Shown: one piece after another, positions 1 to 10,300 of the stretch
Layout: each line of letters opens with the position of its first letter
Position numbering within the stretch: the stretch's first letter is position 1
Assembly (NCBI RefSeq): GCF_963506605.1
Contig: NC_083288.1
Coordinates: forward strand, 29,264,001 to 29,328,000
DNA: 64,000 nt
From: Zootoca vivipara
Taxonomy: Eukaryota
Direction of reading: 5' to 3'
Program-made: the position numbers and the translations under genes
Notes under the pieces: generated by a model
What the model saw: the letters and a program-made list of their open reading frames with translations, nothing else
Databases searched by the model: none
Told to the model about the DNA's origin: nothing

Positions 1-278
1 AGATCACTGCTAGATCACTGGCACCCCTAAAAAAAGCTCACCCAAAATTTTTCTCCTCCCTAAAAAAAGGTGAACTATGACCTGATGCCCTAAACAAAAA
101 TGGGCCTCCCTCCCTCCTAAAATAAGCTCAACAAGTTTGACCCAAACCCCCCAAACAGGGCTCCCCTTCCTTAAGATAACTCAACAGCTTTGACCTGAAC
201 CCCTCAAAAGGGGGTAGATCTTTCCCAGTTTTTAACTCTGTGAGTAGATCAGAGTCTCTTGGGAGGTGGCCACCCCTG
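1..278 (-). mobile_element. Non-autonomous hAT-type DNA transposon (MITE), cut by the window edge
   Basis: The reverse complement begins CAGGGGTGGCCACCTCCCAAGAGACT and aligns along its length with the TSD-flanked element at 47419-47688. Confidence 0.75.
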
Positions 279-1422
279 ATTTACAGTATACAGATGCAGG
301 AGGAGGGGCAGACTGGAACACCACTGCTTTTTATAAACATCACTGTGCCTATCAAAGGTACACCCCCTTTTCTTATTCACTTCCTTTTAGCCTTGCAGAG
401 CCACCTTAGTCAAATTGAATCCTCTGCACCCTCATTAAATCGCCAATAGAACTCTTAATGCGATCCCTGAATTCTCATTAACAACTCCCACTGAAGAACA
501 ATAGGGTGAAGTGGTAGCTATTCTGTTCCATTGTCTTAACTGCTTAACTACCGCTAGCCACTTTGCTTTATTTATTTGATGTGTTTTTGTTACAGCTGTG
601 TTCCCGCCCCGCCCCGCCCCCACAAGCGGAGACTGAGCTGCTCTTGCTAAAGCAAAGCCCTTTCCACTTCAGTTTTTGGAGGGGAAAAGTGCTGGTTATG
701 GTGTGTAAAATACATTAATTTTTGCTTCTAGGGGGGGAGCTGCCCCCCTGCCCACGCCCACGACCTATTTGTTATACATTTATTTGCCTATTTTTTATTA
801 CATTCTTATACCAAACTGTACCCTTACTCCTCTTTAGTTAACTCATCTTCCCTCATCTTCATTCAAATGCCAGCATAGGTAGCGTGCCTTTACTGTATTT
901 TTGGACTTATCTCTTATATCTGTCCCACTTTTCCATAAATTTTTGTTTGGAATTACCTCTCAGACTATTCATCAACAGTGCCATTTCAGCAAATTCTCTT
1001 AATTTATTTTGCCATTCCATTAGGGTCGGGACTTCCTTTTCCCTTTTCCTTTATGTCCCCCCCCCCCTTTCCCTTTATGTCTGTTAAGACCTGTGCTTTA
1101 TTCTTGGTCTTCTTCCTGCCCAAATAAATTTTGAGATTTCTTTCTGCCAATTGTCAATACTTACCGTCCTCCCTATAACCAGAATGGTTTGAAACAGAAA
1201 TAGCATTTTTGGTTGGGTATTTAATTTAATCGCCGAAATCCAGCCCCAGAATGATAATTTTAGCTTACTCCACCTCTCCATATCCTTTTTGATTCCTGCC
1301 CAACACTTCACATAGTTGCCTTCATAAAGATTGATATTTTTTGGTGTCAGCCAGATTCCCATGTATTTAATTTTTGAATATACTTTTAATTGTGTTAACT
1401 TTTCAATTTCTTTTCATTTACT

Positions 1423-1505
1423 AATAATTTGGTATTATTGTAGTTCAACAATAAATTTGGTTTTATTGTAGTTCAACAATAAATTTGGTTTTATTGTAGT
1501 TCAAC
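1423..1505. repeat. 28-bp tandem repeat x3 inside the L1
   Basis: GTTCAAC recurs at 1443, 1471 and 1499. Confidence 0.9.
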
Positions 1506-1768
1506 CTAAATCTGGAAACCTTCCCATATTCTTGCATGATTTCTAGCACTCTGATAAGGCTTTCTTTAAGGTCTTCTGTTGTTACAATAAGGTCGTCTGC
1601 AAACACCCTTAATCTATATCTACTACTCCTCACCACTGTCCCTTTGATGTTTTTTCTTCTCTAATTTGATTGTTTACAATTTCCATTATTAGGATATATA
1701 TTAACAGAGAGAGCAGACAGCCCTGCCTCGTCCCTTTATTAATTTCACATTCCTGAGTGATATTCCCA

Positions 1769-1869
1769 TTTATTATAATTTTGGCCGTTTGTTTTTATTA
1801 TAATTTTGGCCGTTTGTTTTTATTATAATTTTGGCCGTTTGTTTTTATTATAATTTTGGCCGTTTGTTT
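1769..1869. repeat. 25-bp tandem repeat x4 inside the L1
   Basis: GGCCG recurs at 1783, 1808, 1833 and 1858 (unit TTATTATAATTTTGGCCGTTTGTTT). Confidence 0.9.
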
Positions 1870-1892
1870 GGTATATATTGCTTGAATACTAT

Positions 1893-2239
1893 TTACTTTT
1901 ACTATTTAATGAACATTCACATTTATTTGTTCGAGACATCCATTTTAACAATGGTGTAGGACATGAAGTATTGATTGAATATGGAGAAGATTCGGCTGGC
2001 TATGATATCATCAACTGGATCATTTCCCACAATTTCTCTGTCATTAAACCCAAGTTTGCAAGTAATCCCCCAAACCATGAGTTCACCCTCACTGGGATAG
2101 ATGTTGTGTGGAATGACAGACTTAAACAGGTAGGAAAATACTTAGCAGCTTATAGTCACAACTGAATAAAAATATGTTACTGCCCAGATGCTGCAGCACT
2201 GTTGCCCATGGATCATGAATCCTATAAATCTGCAGTCCC
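1893..2239 (+). pseudogene. V2R remnant: intron-1 piece fused to most of exon 4 plus the start of intron 4
   Basis: 1893-1935 matches 7532-7574; 1936-2210 matches 10432-10706 (IHFNNG..DIINWI..VVWND..KQ|gtagg); it then jumps to the ~10820 equivalent. Confidence 0.9.
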
Positions 2240-2818
2240 ACACATCCCTTTATGAGCTATTCCATGAGCTGCTTCACTTGCCTTGCAGTTTTATTATGAT
2301 TCTTATGATTTGTCTGCTGTATTTATGCTTTATTGTACAAATACTTACACATTGGCTTGGCGAGAATTTACAGCATTACATCTCAGGGGGAGCCTTTCCT
2401 TCACTGTAGATTCCCAGGCATCTCCATCCCTCTCTCCCAACCTGATTTTAGCCAGCCCACCAAGGTAGTTCGGTCTTCGCAGCAACTTGTGGAGTCCTCC
2501 CTCTTCTTCTCCAACTTCTATTTACTCACTCAGTGTATCTAGACCTCTTTTATTTTTTTCAAAAGGACACATTTTTCCTGCATGACATCATGCCTCCTTT
2601 AAACGTCCCCTCCCAATTCTGCTATTTACCCTGAGTTCAGGCAGAAGGTCAATGGCTGGCCATTGTCCAGTAATTATACCTCGTTGGCCCTTCTTCCCAG
2701 GTGATTTTTTTGATTAGTCTGGCACCTTTCCTTTCATACTACAAATATAATCTAAATTCTGCCATGTAATAATTTCTAATATCCCCCAACTCTCGCAGTT
2801 ATGGGTGCCCCCCCCCAA

Positions 2819-2907
2819 CATAGCTGCCAAGTTTTCCCTTTTCTCACGAGGAAGCCTATTCAGCATAAGGGAAAATCCCTTTAAAAAGGGATAACTTGGC
2901 AGCTATA
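2819..2907. mobile_element. ~89-bp hAT-type MITE
   Basis: TIR CATAGCTGCCAAGTT...AACTTGGCAGCTAT; 8-bp TSD CCCCCCAA (2811-2818, 2908-2915); same family as 6001-6187. Confidence 0.85.
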
Positions 2908-3447
2908 CCCCCCAACTCTGTTTCTCCAGATCTGTAACAATATAATATGGCCCTAGAAATCTCTTTAAAAGTTGCCCATTTTAACCTTCCATTATCCTGT
3001 AAGCTTTTTAAAGGAGTGGGAATTTCTGCTGAGTCCATTTCATAGTAAAACGTAAGACATGCAAAGTTAATTGGAGCCTGGGGATTTTCTAACTACTAAT
3101 AAAGCCATCATATAGAAAATAGGAGAAAATATAGAGGTTGCTTTTTTTTTTATCATCCACTTCTGCATTCATGTGATATGAACTGTATACAAGTAGGTCA
3201 TATTATTCAATACTATTCAGCTAATCTGCTTGAGACCAAACACAATAGGAATTAAACACACTGTGAGTTGGATCCAGAAGAAGGTAGTTATGGAATCAAT
3301 GGGACATCTTAAGTCTAATTTATTTCAATGAGAGTAGCTGTACTGTGCTTGGAGGTAGGTGGAGCTGAAGGGATCTTCCTGGCTGGTTCCCATTATTTAC
3401 AATTATTGAATCTCCAGAAGAGAGGGGTACTGTGGGAATGTCAATGT

Positions 3448-3781
3448 CAGACCCTACAAGTGTCCGTGTTTTCCAAGGACATCCCTGATTTAGAGAAGCC
3501 GCTCTGGTTTCTGATTCAATCCCAGGATGTCCCGATTTTCCTTAGGACATCCCTATTTTCATTGGAGAAATATTGGGGGATATGGAGTTATTTGACTGCC
3601 ATGCCATCTAAAGGCAATCCTGTACAGAGAAGTGTTTTACTATGTTTTTATATATGTTGGAAGCTGCCCAGAGTGGCTGGGGAAAATCCACTAAGATGTG
3701 TGGGGTATAAATAGTAAAATTATCATTATGGAGTGATCATTCCATTCTCCTATTTTCATTGGTGAAATGTTGGAGGGCATG
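3448..3781. mobile_element. hAT-type MITE containing an L2 3'-tail fragment
   Basis: Imperfect TIRs CAGACCCTACAA / TTGGAGGGCATG; CAATGT on both flanks; 3657-3728 resembles the L2 tail at 22367-22430. Confidence 0.6.
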
Positions 3782-4913
3782 CAATGTAGCTTCCCATGCT
3801 GTTATCTTGGTTTATATTCCCCAGGAACGAATAAACATACTGGATTGTCTCTAATTGTGTGGCGCTATCCTGACCCCTCCTGTGGTATAATAAAGACACA
3901 GCCATGTTGAATTGTGATAATATTGCAGCTTTTTGTAGTTATATTGGAGTTCATTTACAGCTCCCAGCCTGTCTGCCCAGTCACCCACCTAACCTAGTCT
4001 GCATTGAGTATATACATAGAAAACTAGTTTAAGGATACAATCTGATATCTACCTCCACTGGAAGAAACCCCTTCTTCTGTAGACCTCTGTTAACTTCTAT
4101 TAATCAAGAAGGAAGGAAGGGAAGAAGGAATCCTATTTATGTTCAGATGGGGAAAAGTGAACATAATGAAATTTATTTCTATTGTTATTATTAGGCTGCA
4201 TGCAAGTAAGGAACAGAACAATATTTAAAATTATTATTAAGGCATATAACAAAAAATAATAATAAATAAGATTAGAAAAGCTATTAATTTTTTTTCCTAA
4301 ATCATAAATGAGTTGCCTTCCAGATGTTGTTGGGCTACAATGCCCACCAATCCTCACTATTTGCTGGTGGGAAGTTTAATCCAACAATACCTGAAAGTCA
4401 ACCTGTACTATCGTTGCTCAAAATAGCTTGCTTTTTTTAATGCAACTTTTTTACATTTTTCTCTATTTCTTCCTAGCTCGGCTCTGCTTTTATATCTTCA
4501 AAATTTCTAGTGTCTGTATGATCAAAGAACTCTTTTTTCTTTCCTATATTGTTGCATAGTTCACAATTTTATAGTTATTGTTACATAAATCACAATTTTA
4601 TAATTCTATCATAAACAATAAGTTACATCTGGAGGAAAACAATCTTACTGATCTCATCCAGATTTAAAATAAGCAAAAGAGCATAAAACTGAAAGCTACA
4701 ACTTGACTTGACAAATAGATGGAGATATGCCTAGTGAAGTTATAGAACAACATTGCATAAATTGTATTTTGCATTTAATGAATGATACTTTCGATGTAGG
4801 ACTTAGGTTTAGGATATATGATGATACATCTATATTCTCACATTTTAAAGGTAGTTTTGTCTGCTCTTCTCCTAGGTTCCCCCCCTCCCAATAGTTGGAA
4901 TCGATGAGGCATT

Positions 4914-5852
4914 ATGAGACCAACAAATGAAACAGTAGTTTGGGAATTCATACTTTTGGGGTTTTCTAATCATCCAAAAATGGAACCTTTTCTCTTTGCA
5001 ATCTTCTTCTTTCTATATGCTGCAACCCTTCTTGGGAACATTAGTATAATTTGCTTGGCCACAGCAGATCCCCACCTGCATACTCCCATGTACTTTTTCC
5101 TTCAACACTTGGCATTTCTGAACCTTTGCTACACCACTGCTGTAGTCCCTAAAATGTTGGCCAACCTGATATCCACCAAGAAAACTATATCGTATCACTT
5201 GTGCATGCTGCAAACCTATATCTCCCTCTTTATGGGAGCAGCAGAATGTCTCCTTCTAGCAGTGATGGCATTTGACCGCTATGTTGCAGTGTGTCATCCC
5301 TTGCGTTACACCACAATAATGAGCTACCGTGTTTGTGTGAAGACTGCAGCAGCATCTTGGACCATCAGTTTTCTAGTCTCTGTGGTCCCACTCTACTTAT
5401 CCTTGCCCCCTCTTTGTGGACCCTATGTTATTGATCATGTTTTCTGTGAGGCTCCCATTCTGCTGCACATGATCTGTACTGATACCACCTTAAATGAACT
5501 TCTGATGTTGATAGGGGGTGCAGGCACGTTAATGCTGCCCTTCATCCTGGTTCTGGTGTCCTACAGCTACATCATTGCTGCTATCATCAGAATACGCACC
5601 ACTAGTGGCAGACACAAAGCTTTTTCCACATGCTCTTCCCATCTAACAGTGGTGACCATCTATTATGGCACAGGAATGTTCATGTACATGAGGCCAAAAT
5701 CCTTTTATTCCCCTGAGAATGATAAAATGATTTCTATATTTTATGCAGTAATCAATCCTATGCTAAATCCCATTATATATAGTTTCAGGAACAAGGAAGT
5801 CAAAGAGGCATTAATGAGAGCTTTGGGAAGGAATGTATTGAACAAGACATAA
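4914..5852 (+). CDS. Olfactory receptor, class II (family 2/13-like), intact, 312 aa
   Basis: N-terminal NET glycosylation site; LHTPMYFFL, MAFDRYVAVCHPLRY, KAFSTCSSHLTVV and PMLNPIIYSFRN motifs; acceptor-like tcttctcctag ending at 4875. Confidence 0.97.
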   Translation: MRPTNETVVWEFILLGFSNHPKMEPFLFAIFFFLYAATLLGNISIICLATADPHLHTPMYFFLQHLAFLNLCYTTAVVPKMLANLISTKKTISYHLCMLQTYISLFMGAAECLLLAVMAFDRYVAVCHPLRYTTIMSYRVCVKTAAASWTISFLVSVVPLYLSLPPLCGPYVIDHVFCEAPILLHMICTDTTLNELLMLIGGAGTLMLPFILVLVSYSYIIAAIIRIRTTSGRHKAFSTCSSHLTVVTIYYGTGMFMYMRPKSFYSPENDKMISIFYAVINPMLNPIIYSFRNKEVKEALMRALGRNVLNKT

Positions 5853-6000
5853 TAGCAATGTATTGATAACAATACATTGAACAAGAGTGTTCAACAATGC
5901 TACTGTATTTTAAAATATGCATTAAACAGCTAATAAACCAAATAAGGATTTCATTATAAAGCATATTGTGTACTGCCATAAAATGACCCAGGGCCAGCAA

Positions 6001-6187
6001 CATAGCTGCCAAGTTATCCCTTTTTTACAGGGATTTTCCCTTATGCCATAGCTGCCAAGTTTTCCCTTTTCTCGCGAGGAAGCCTATTCAGCATAAGGGA
6101 AAATCCCTTTAAAAAAGGGATAACTTGGCAGCTATGCTTATGCTGAATAGGCTTCCTCGCGAGAAAAGCGAAAACTTGGCAGCTATG
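6001..6187. mobile_element. Two ~90-bp hAT MITEs, one (6047-6136) nested in opposite orientation inside the other
   Basis: Outer TSD GCCAGCAA (5993-6000, 6188-6195); inner duplication CTTATGC (6040-6046, 6137-6143); four CATAGCTGCCAAGTT termini. Confidence 0.9.
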
Positions 6188-7095
6188 GCCAGCAATAATG
6201 TAGATATAATGAAGGACATGCTAAATTAAGGAAGGCTAATGGATTCTTAAATTCCTGGGCTCTGGGGTGGGGGATGCTGTCAATCTTGTTTTTAGATCTG
6301 AAACCACTTATCCACAAAGCTTGCGATCTATCAGTATTCAGCTTCAATTTATTGGCCCTTAGGCAGCCCACCAGGGCCTCCAGACACTGTTCCAGCACTT
6401 GCAAAGCCTCTTGAATCATATAATATAAAGAGCTAGAATTGGGTGTCACCCACACATTAGGAATACTTCACACTAAGTCTCCAGATGATGCCTGGGTTTC
6501 ATATAGAATAGATAAAAGTAGCATGTGAAATAAAATTGAATGTTTGCTTGACACCACTGCATAAACACAAGAGTCCTAATAAAAGTCTTGCACGCCTCTT
6601 CATTGGTAGCAGTCCTGCAGGTAGGAGTGGAACCCCTCCAAAACAGTGTGTCCTACTTCCAACCCATTGGACTACATCTAGCCAATACCTGGCTATAACT
6701 GAAGCCTCTGAAGGTTCACTTGTTCTACACACTTTTAATACACAGATGTTTCAAAGGATATAACTTTTCAAAGTAGGGAGCAGATGTTACCAATATGGCT
6801 TTTTTATTACATAGGCATACGGTTATCACACCAGGGAACTGTTCACAAACACTATAATTAGTAAAATCACTATCATTTCCTCAACCCCCATTTCATGGAG
6901 GGACAGTAACATCATCAACAAAATTTCAGATAAGAAACACTCCTTCCTGTGCTGTGTCATGAGAACTGTGTGTTGATCAATAAAAGAGATGGGGTAGTTA
7001 ACCATAATTTGTTTTTTCTGCTTTGCTATTTAACAGAACATTTTAGATTCTGTGGGTAAGTCTTAGAACAATTATAGTTGGGAGTCTTGTGGAGA

Positions 7096-7352
7096 ATGCC
7101 AGTTTGCAGCTTTGGGATAGAGAGAGATGGATTTTCAATCAGGTGGTTTTTCATCCTGTTATTTTTGCTGCTGCTGCTCCCTTCTCTTGTGTCCAAGGAT
7201 ACCAAATGGAAGCCTAGTAATATGATTAGTGTCCAAGATAATTTGTATCAACCAGGAGAAGCCATAATTGGTGGGATATTCTCTTTGGTATATCCCCAGT
7301 ATCCTGAGAGAAACTGGAATGAACCTCCTCATAGAAGTCATGAAATATATAC
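7096..7352 (+). CDS. V2R exon 1 (signal peptide)
   Basis: Hydrophobic [17 protein letters not shown], then [13 protein letters not shown]; donor ac|gtaagt. Confidence 0.85.
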
Positions 7353-10300
7353 GTAAGTTCTTTGTAGCTTAGAAGCAGGAAATGCATTTATCTCAACAGA
7401 AGTGAATTCTGCTATTTTTAACTCAATGCCTTAAATGACGGGTGTGTGTGAGAGAGAAAGATCCAGGCCAGAGTGGCTTCTAGAAGCCCCTCTTTAGTGA
7501 GTAGTCATGATTTGTTCATCTTGAGAATCCATTACTTTTACTATTTAATGAACACTCACATTTATTTGTTCGAGGCAAACAGATGTTATCCTACACTTTT
7601 CAGCACATTTTCACATTCACCTTGCTTATTACAAAAAGTCTGATCTTTGGGTGAAGTAGATTTGGATTGCAAGAGCTCCAATTTAACTCCAATTGTGCAG
7701 GTTTATTTTGCCAGGATATTATTGAATCCCATCTGATATAGCAACAGTCTGGAAATTAGAAAATCTAACGTTATTTCAATAGAGTTGGGTTAAGCAATGT
7801 ACATCTTTTGAATTAACACACAAATATCAGTTAACCAATGCTGGTTGACTCACAATTTATGTCACAGAACTTCTTGTTCTATGAGAGGCCACTCTCCCCC
7901 CACCCCCAGTTCCTACCTCCCTGTGGTTTTTCATCTCCCTTTCTCAATCCAGAAATGAATGTGCATGAAGCAAATATTTGATAAAAGTAAGCTTGACTCT
8001 CTGTCAATCTCATTGTAGTTCAGTACTGAATAATTATCAGCATGCTCTCGGTTTGTTGTTCGCCATTCATGAGATCAATAAGAATCCAAAGCTTTTGCCC
8101 AATATTACTCTGGGTCCCCATATGTATGACAACCTTTATGATGAAAAGATGACATATGATATCATGCTGGACCTACTATTCACACAACAAGAAAATGTGC
8201 AAAAGAATGGACCTAATAGGAAATATATGAATGAGGATGTGTTTGCTGTCATTGCTGGTCTCAATGCAAAAAATGCCTACCAGGTGGCAACGGTCTCAAG
8301 TGTCTTCAAGATTCCACAGGTATGAGTGTATCTTTCTGTTTGCAGTGCCCCTTTCTTCTTGGTTATCCACTGAGCTACTTTAATTCACCTCTGTAATCTC
8401 AGAACATGGAAATTTAATATAAAGAATTATTAAACATAGAATAAGAGTCTCATGCTCTACTGACTGAAAGTTAATAGTATAATTAGATTCAAGGAGCTCC
8501 CAACAACAGCTCAGACATATGTTATTTCTTTGTTCTCATCAGCACTGTTTTTTCTCCATCAGTTTAACTTTGGTGCATATGAGTCTACACTTAGAGGTAC
8601 AACAGATGTCCCATTTTTGTATCGAATGTCACCAAGAGAAACTCTCCAACCCATTGGAATTACTCAGCTACTTTTGCATTTCAGATGGACATGGGTTGGG
8701 CTCATTGTTTCAAATGATGATGATGGAGAAAGCTTTGGTCATATCCTGACATCTCTGCTTTTGCAGTATGGCATTTGTGTTGCCCACCAGTATAAAGTAG
8801 GAGAATCAAAATATGTGTGGGATGAAACTTATCACAACTATATGTCAAAGTTATATACAGAACTTTTCTTAAGTGAGATAAATGTGGTAATAGTCAGTGG
8901 AGACTATAATTCGATGAGTGGATTACAAAACCTCATGGGACGAAATTGGGAGATCAATCCTGGGAAAGTTTGGATCATAACTGCTCGGTGGGATTTCAAA
9001 CAGCATATTGGTTTATTTGTAACACCTCCAGAAACATACAAAGGTGCCTTTTCTTTTTCAGTCCACAAAAAGCCTGTGCCAGGTTTTCATGAGTTTCTTG
9101 GGAGCTTTATGTCTGATAAGCCAGTGATTCGCTTTTTCATGGATTTCTGGTCAACTGCTTTTGTTTGTTATTTTTATGAAGACAGCTTTTCACGTTGTTC
9201 ACAAAGTAAGATGTGCACAGGCAAAGAGAAACTGGAATATCTGTCTGAGTATACATTTGATATGGATATGACTGGTGAGACCTATGGCATCTACAATGCT
9301 GTGTATGCTGTAGCCCATGCTTTACATGCCATCCATGAGTCAAGACCAAGAAGAGATAGAATTGAACAGCTGAATATTCCATCATGGCAGGTAAATACAT
9401 TGCCATAATAAAGTCCATGAGCTTGACATGATGTCTAATGAGCAAAACTGTTTGCTTAGAGAACCAAATACAAATAAACAAATATGCCAATGTTTTGTAT
9501 GTTGGTGAGTTTATAAGAGAATTAGGGAAGTTTGTTATGCTGTATTCATGTGCAAAGAAGAAGAAGAAGAAGAAGAAGAAGAAGAAGAAGAAGAAGAAGA
9601 AGAAGAAGAAGAAGAAGAAGAAGAAGAAGAAGAAGAGTTTGGATTTGATATCCCACTTTATCTCTACCCTAAGGAGTCTCAAAGCAGCTAACAATTGCCT
9701 TCCCCTTCTTCCCTCGCAACAAACACTCTGTGAGGGGAGTGAGGCTGAGAGACTTCAGAGAAGTGTGACTAGCAGCTGCATGTGGAGGTGCAAGGAATCG
9801 AACCCGGTTCACCAGTTTACGGGTCCACTGCTCTTAACCACTACACCACATTGGCTCTCTTAAGATTCTGTTTCCTGAAAAGGGAACAGAACTATTCTGG
9901 CATGAAGGAATAATGATTTATTCCTACTATGCATTGGGTTTGGCTGATCCCTGAGCCAACTTTGTCTATCTGGAGGCACTGGTTGAGTTGGTTTGTGACA
10001 GCCACAAACCACTGTAGATTAGGTTGGATGGGCGAGAATGATCTAGGGCTGTCAGGGGTGGGGGTGATAGAGTATCAAGAAAGAAAGGGAGGGTGGCAAC
10101 AAGTGGAAAAACCAGTGGAAAAGCCTAAACCTACCTGACCACTGGCTGAATCTTCCCAAGAGAAGGTAGGAGCCCTGACTTTCCTTCCTGCCTGATACCC
10201 CTTGAAGCAGCACCCTGCAGGATTGATGCCTTTATGCAACAGCTGTTGAGGTGAGTCATGAATCCTGCAGGGTTCTGGCTGATCTTTCAAAATGTTCTAT

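Larger units (their letters stand above)
770..1892 (-). mobile_element. 5'-truncated, degraded L1-clade LINE (ORF2 RT and C-terminal region)
   Basis: The minus strand encodes KGTRQGCLLS (~1710-1738), RVFADDL (~1590-1612) and ORF 1084-1362 (WSKLKLSFWG..ISKFIWAGRRPRI). Frameshifted; left boundary approximate. Confidence 0.85.

Noticed and set aside
9137-9863. Long poly-Phe and poly-Lys ORFs
   Set aside because: Translations of an (AAG)n SINE tail in an intron. The poly-Ile, poly-Thr, poly-Val and HT/YI ORFs elsewhere are also microsatellites.
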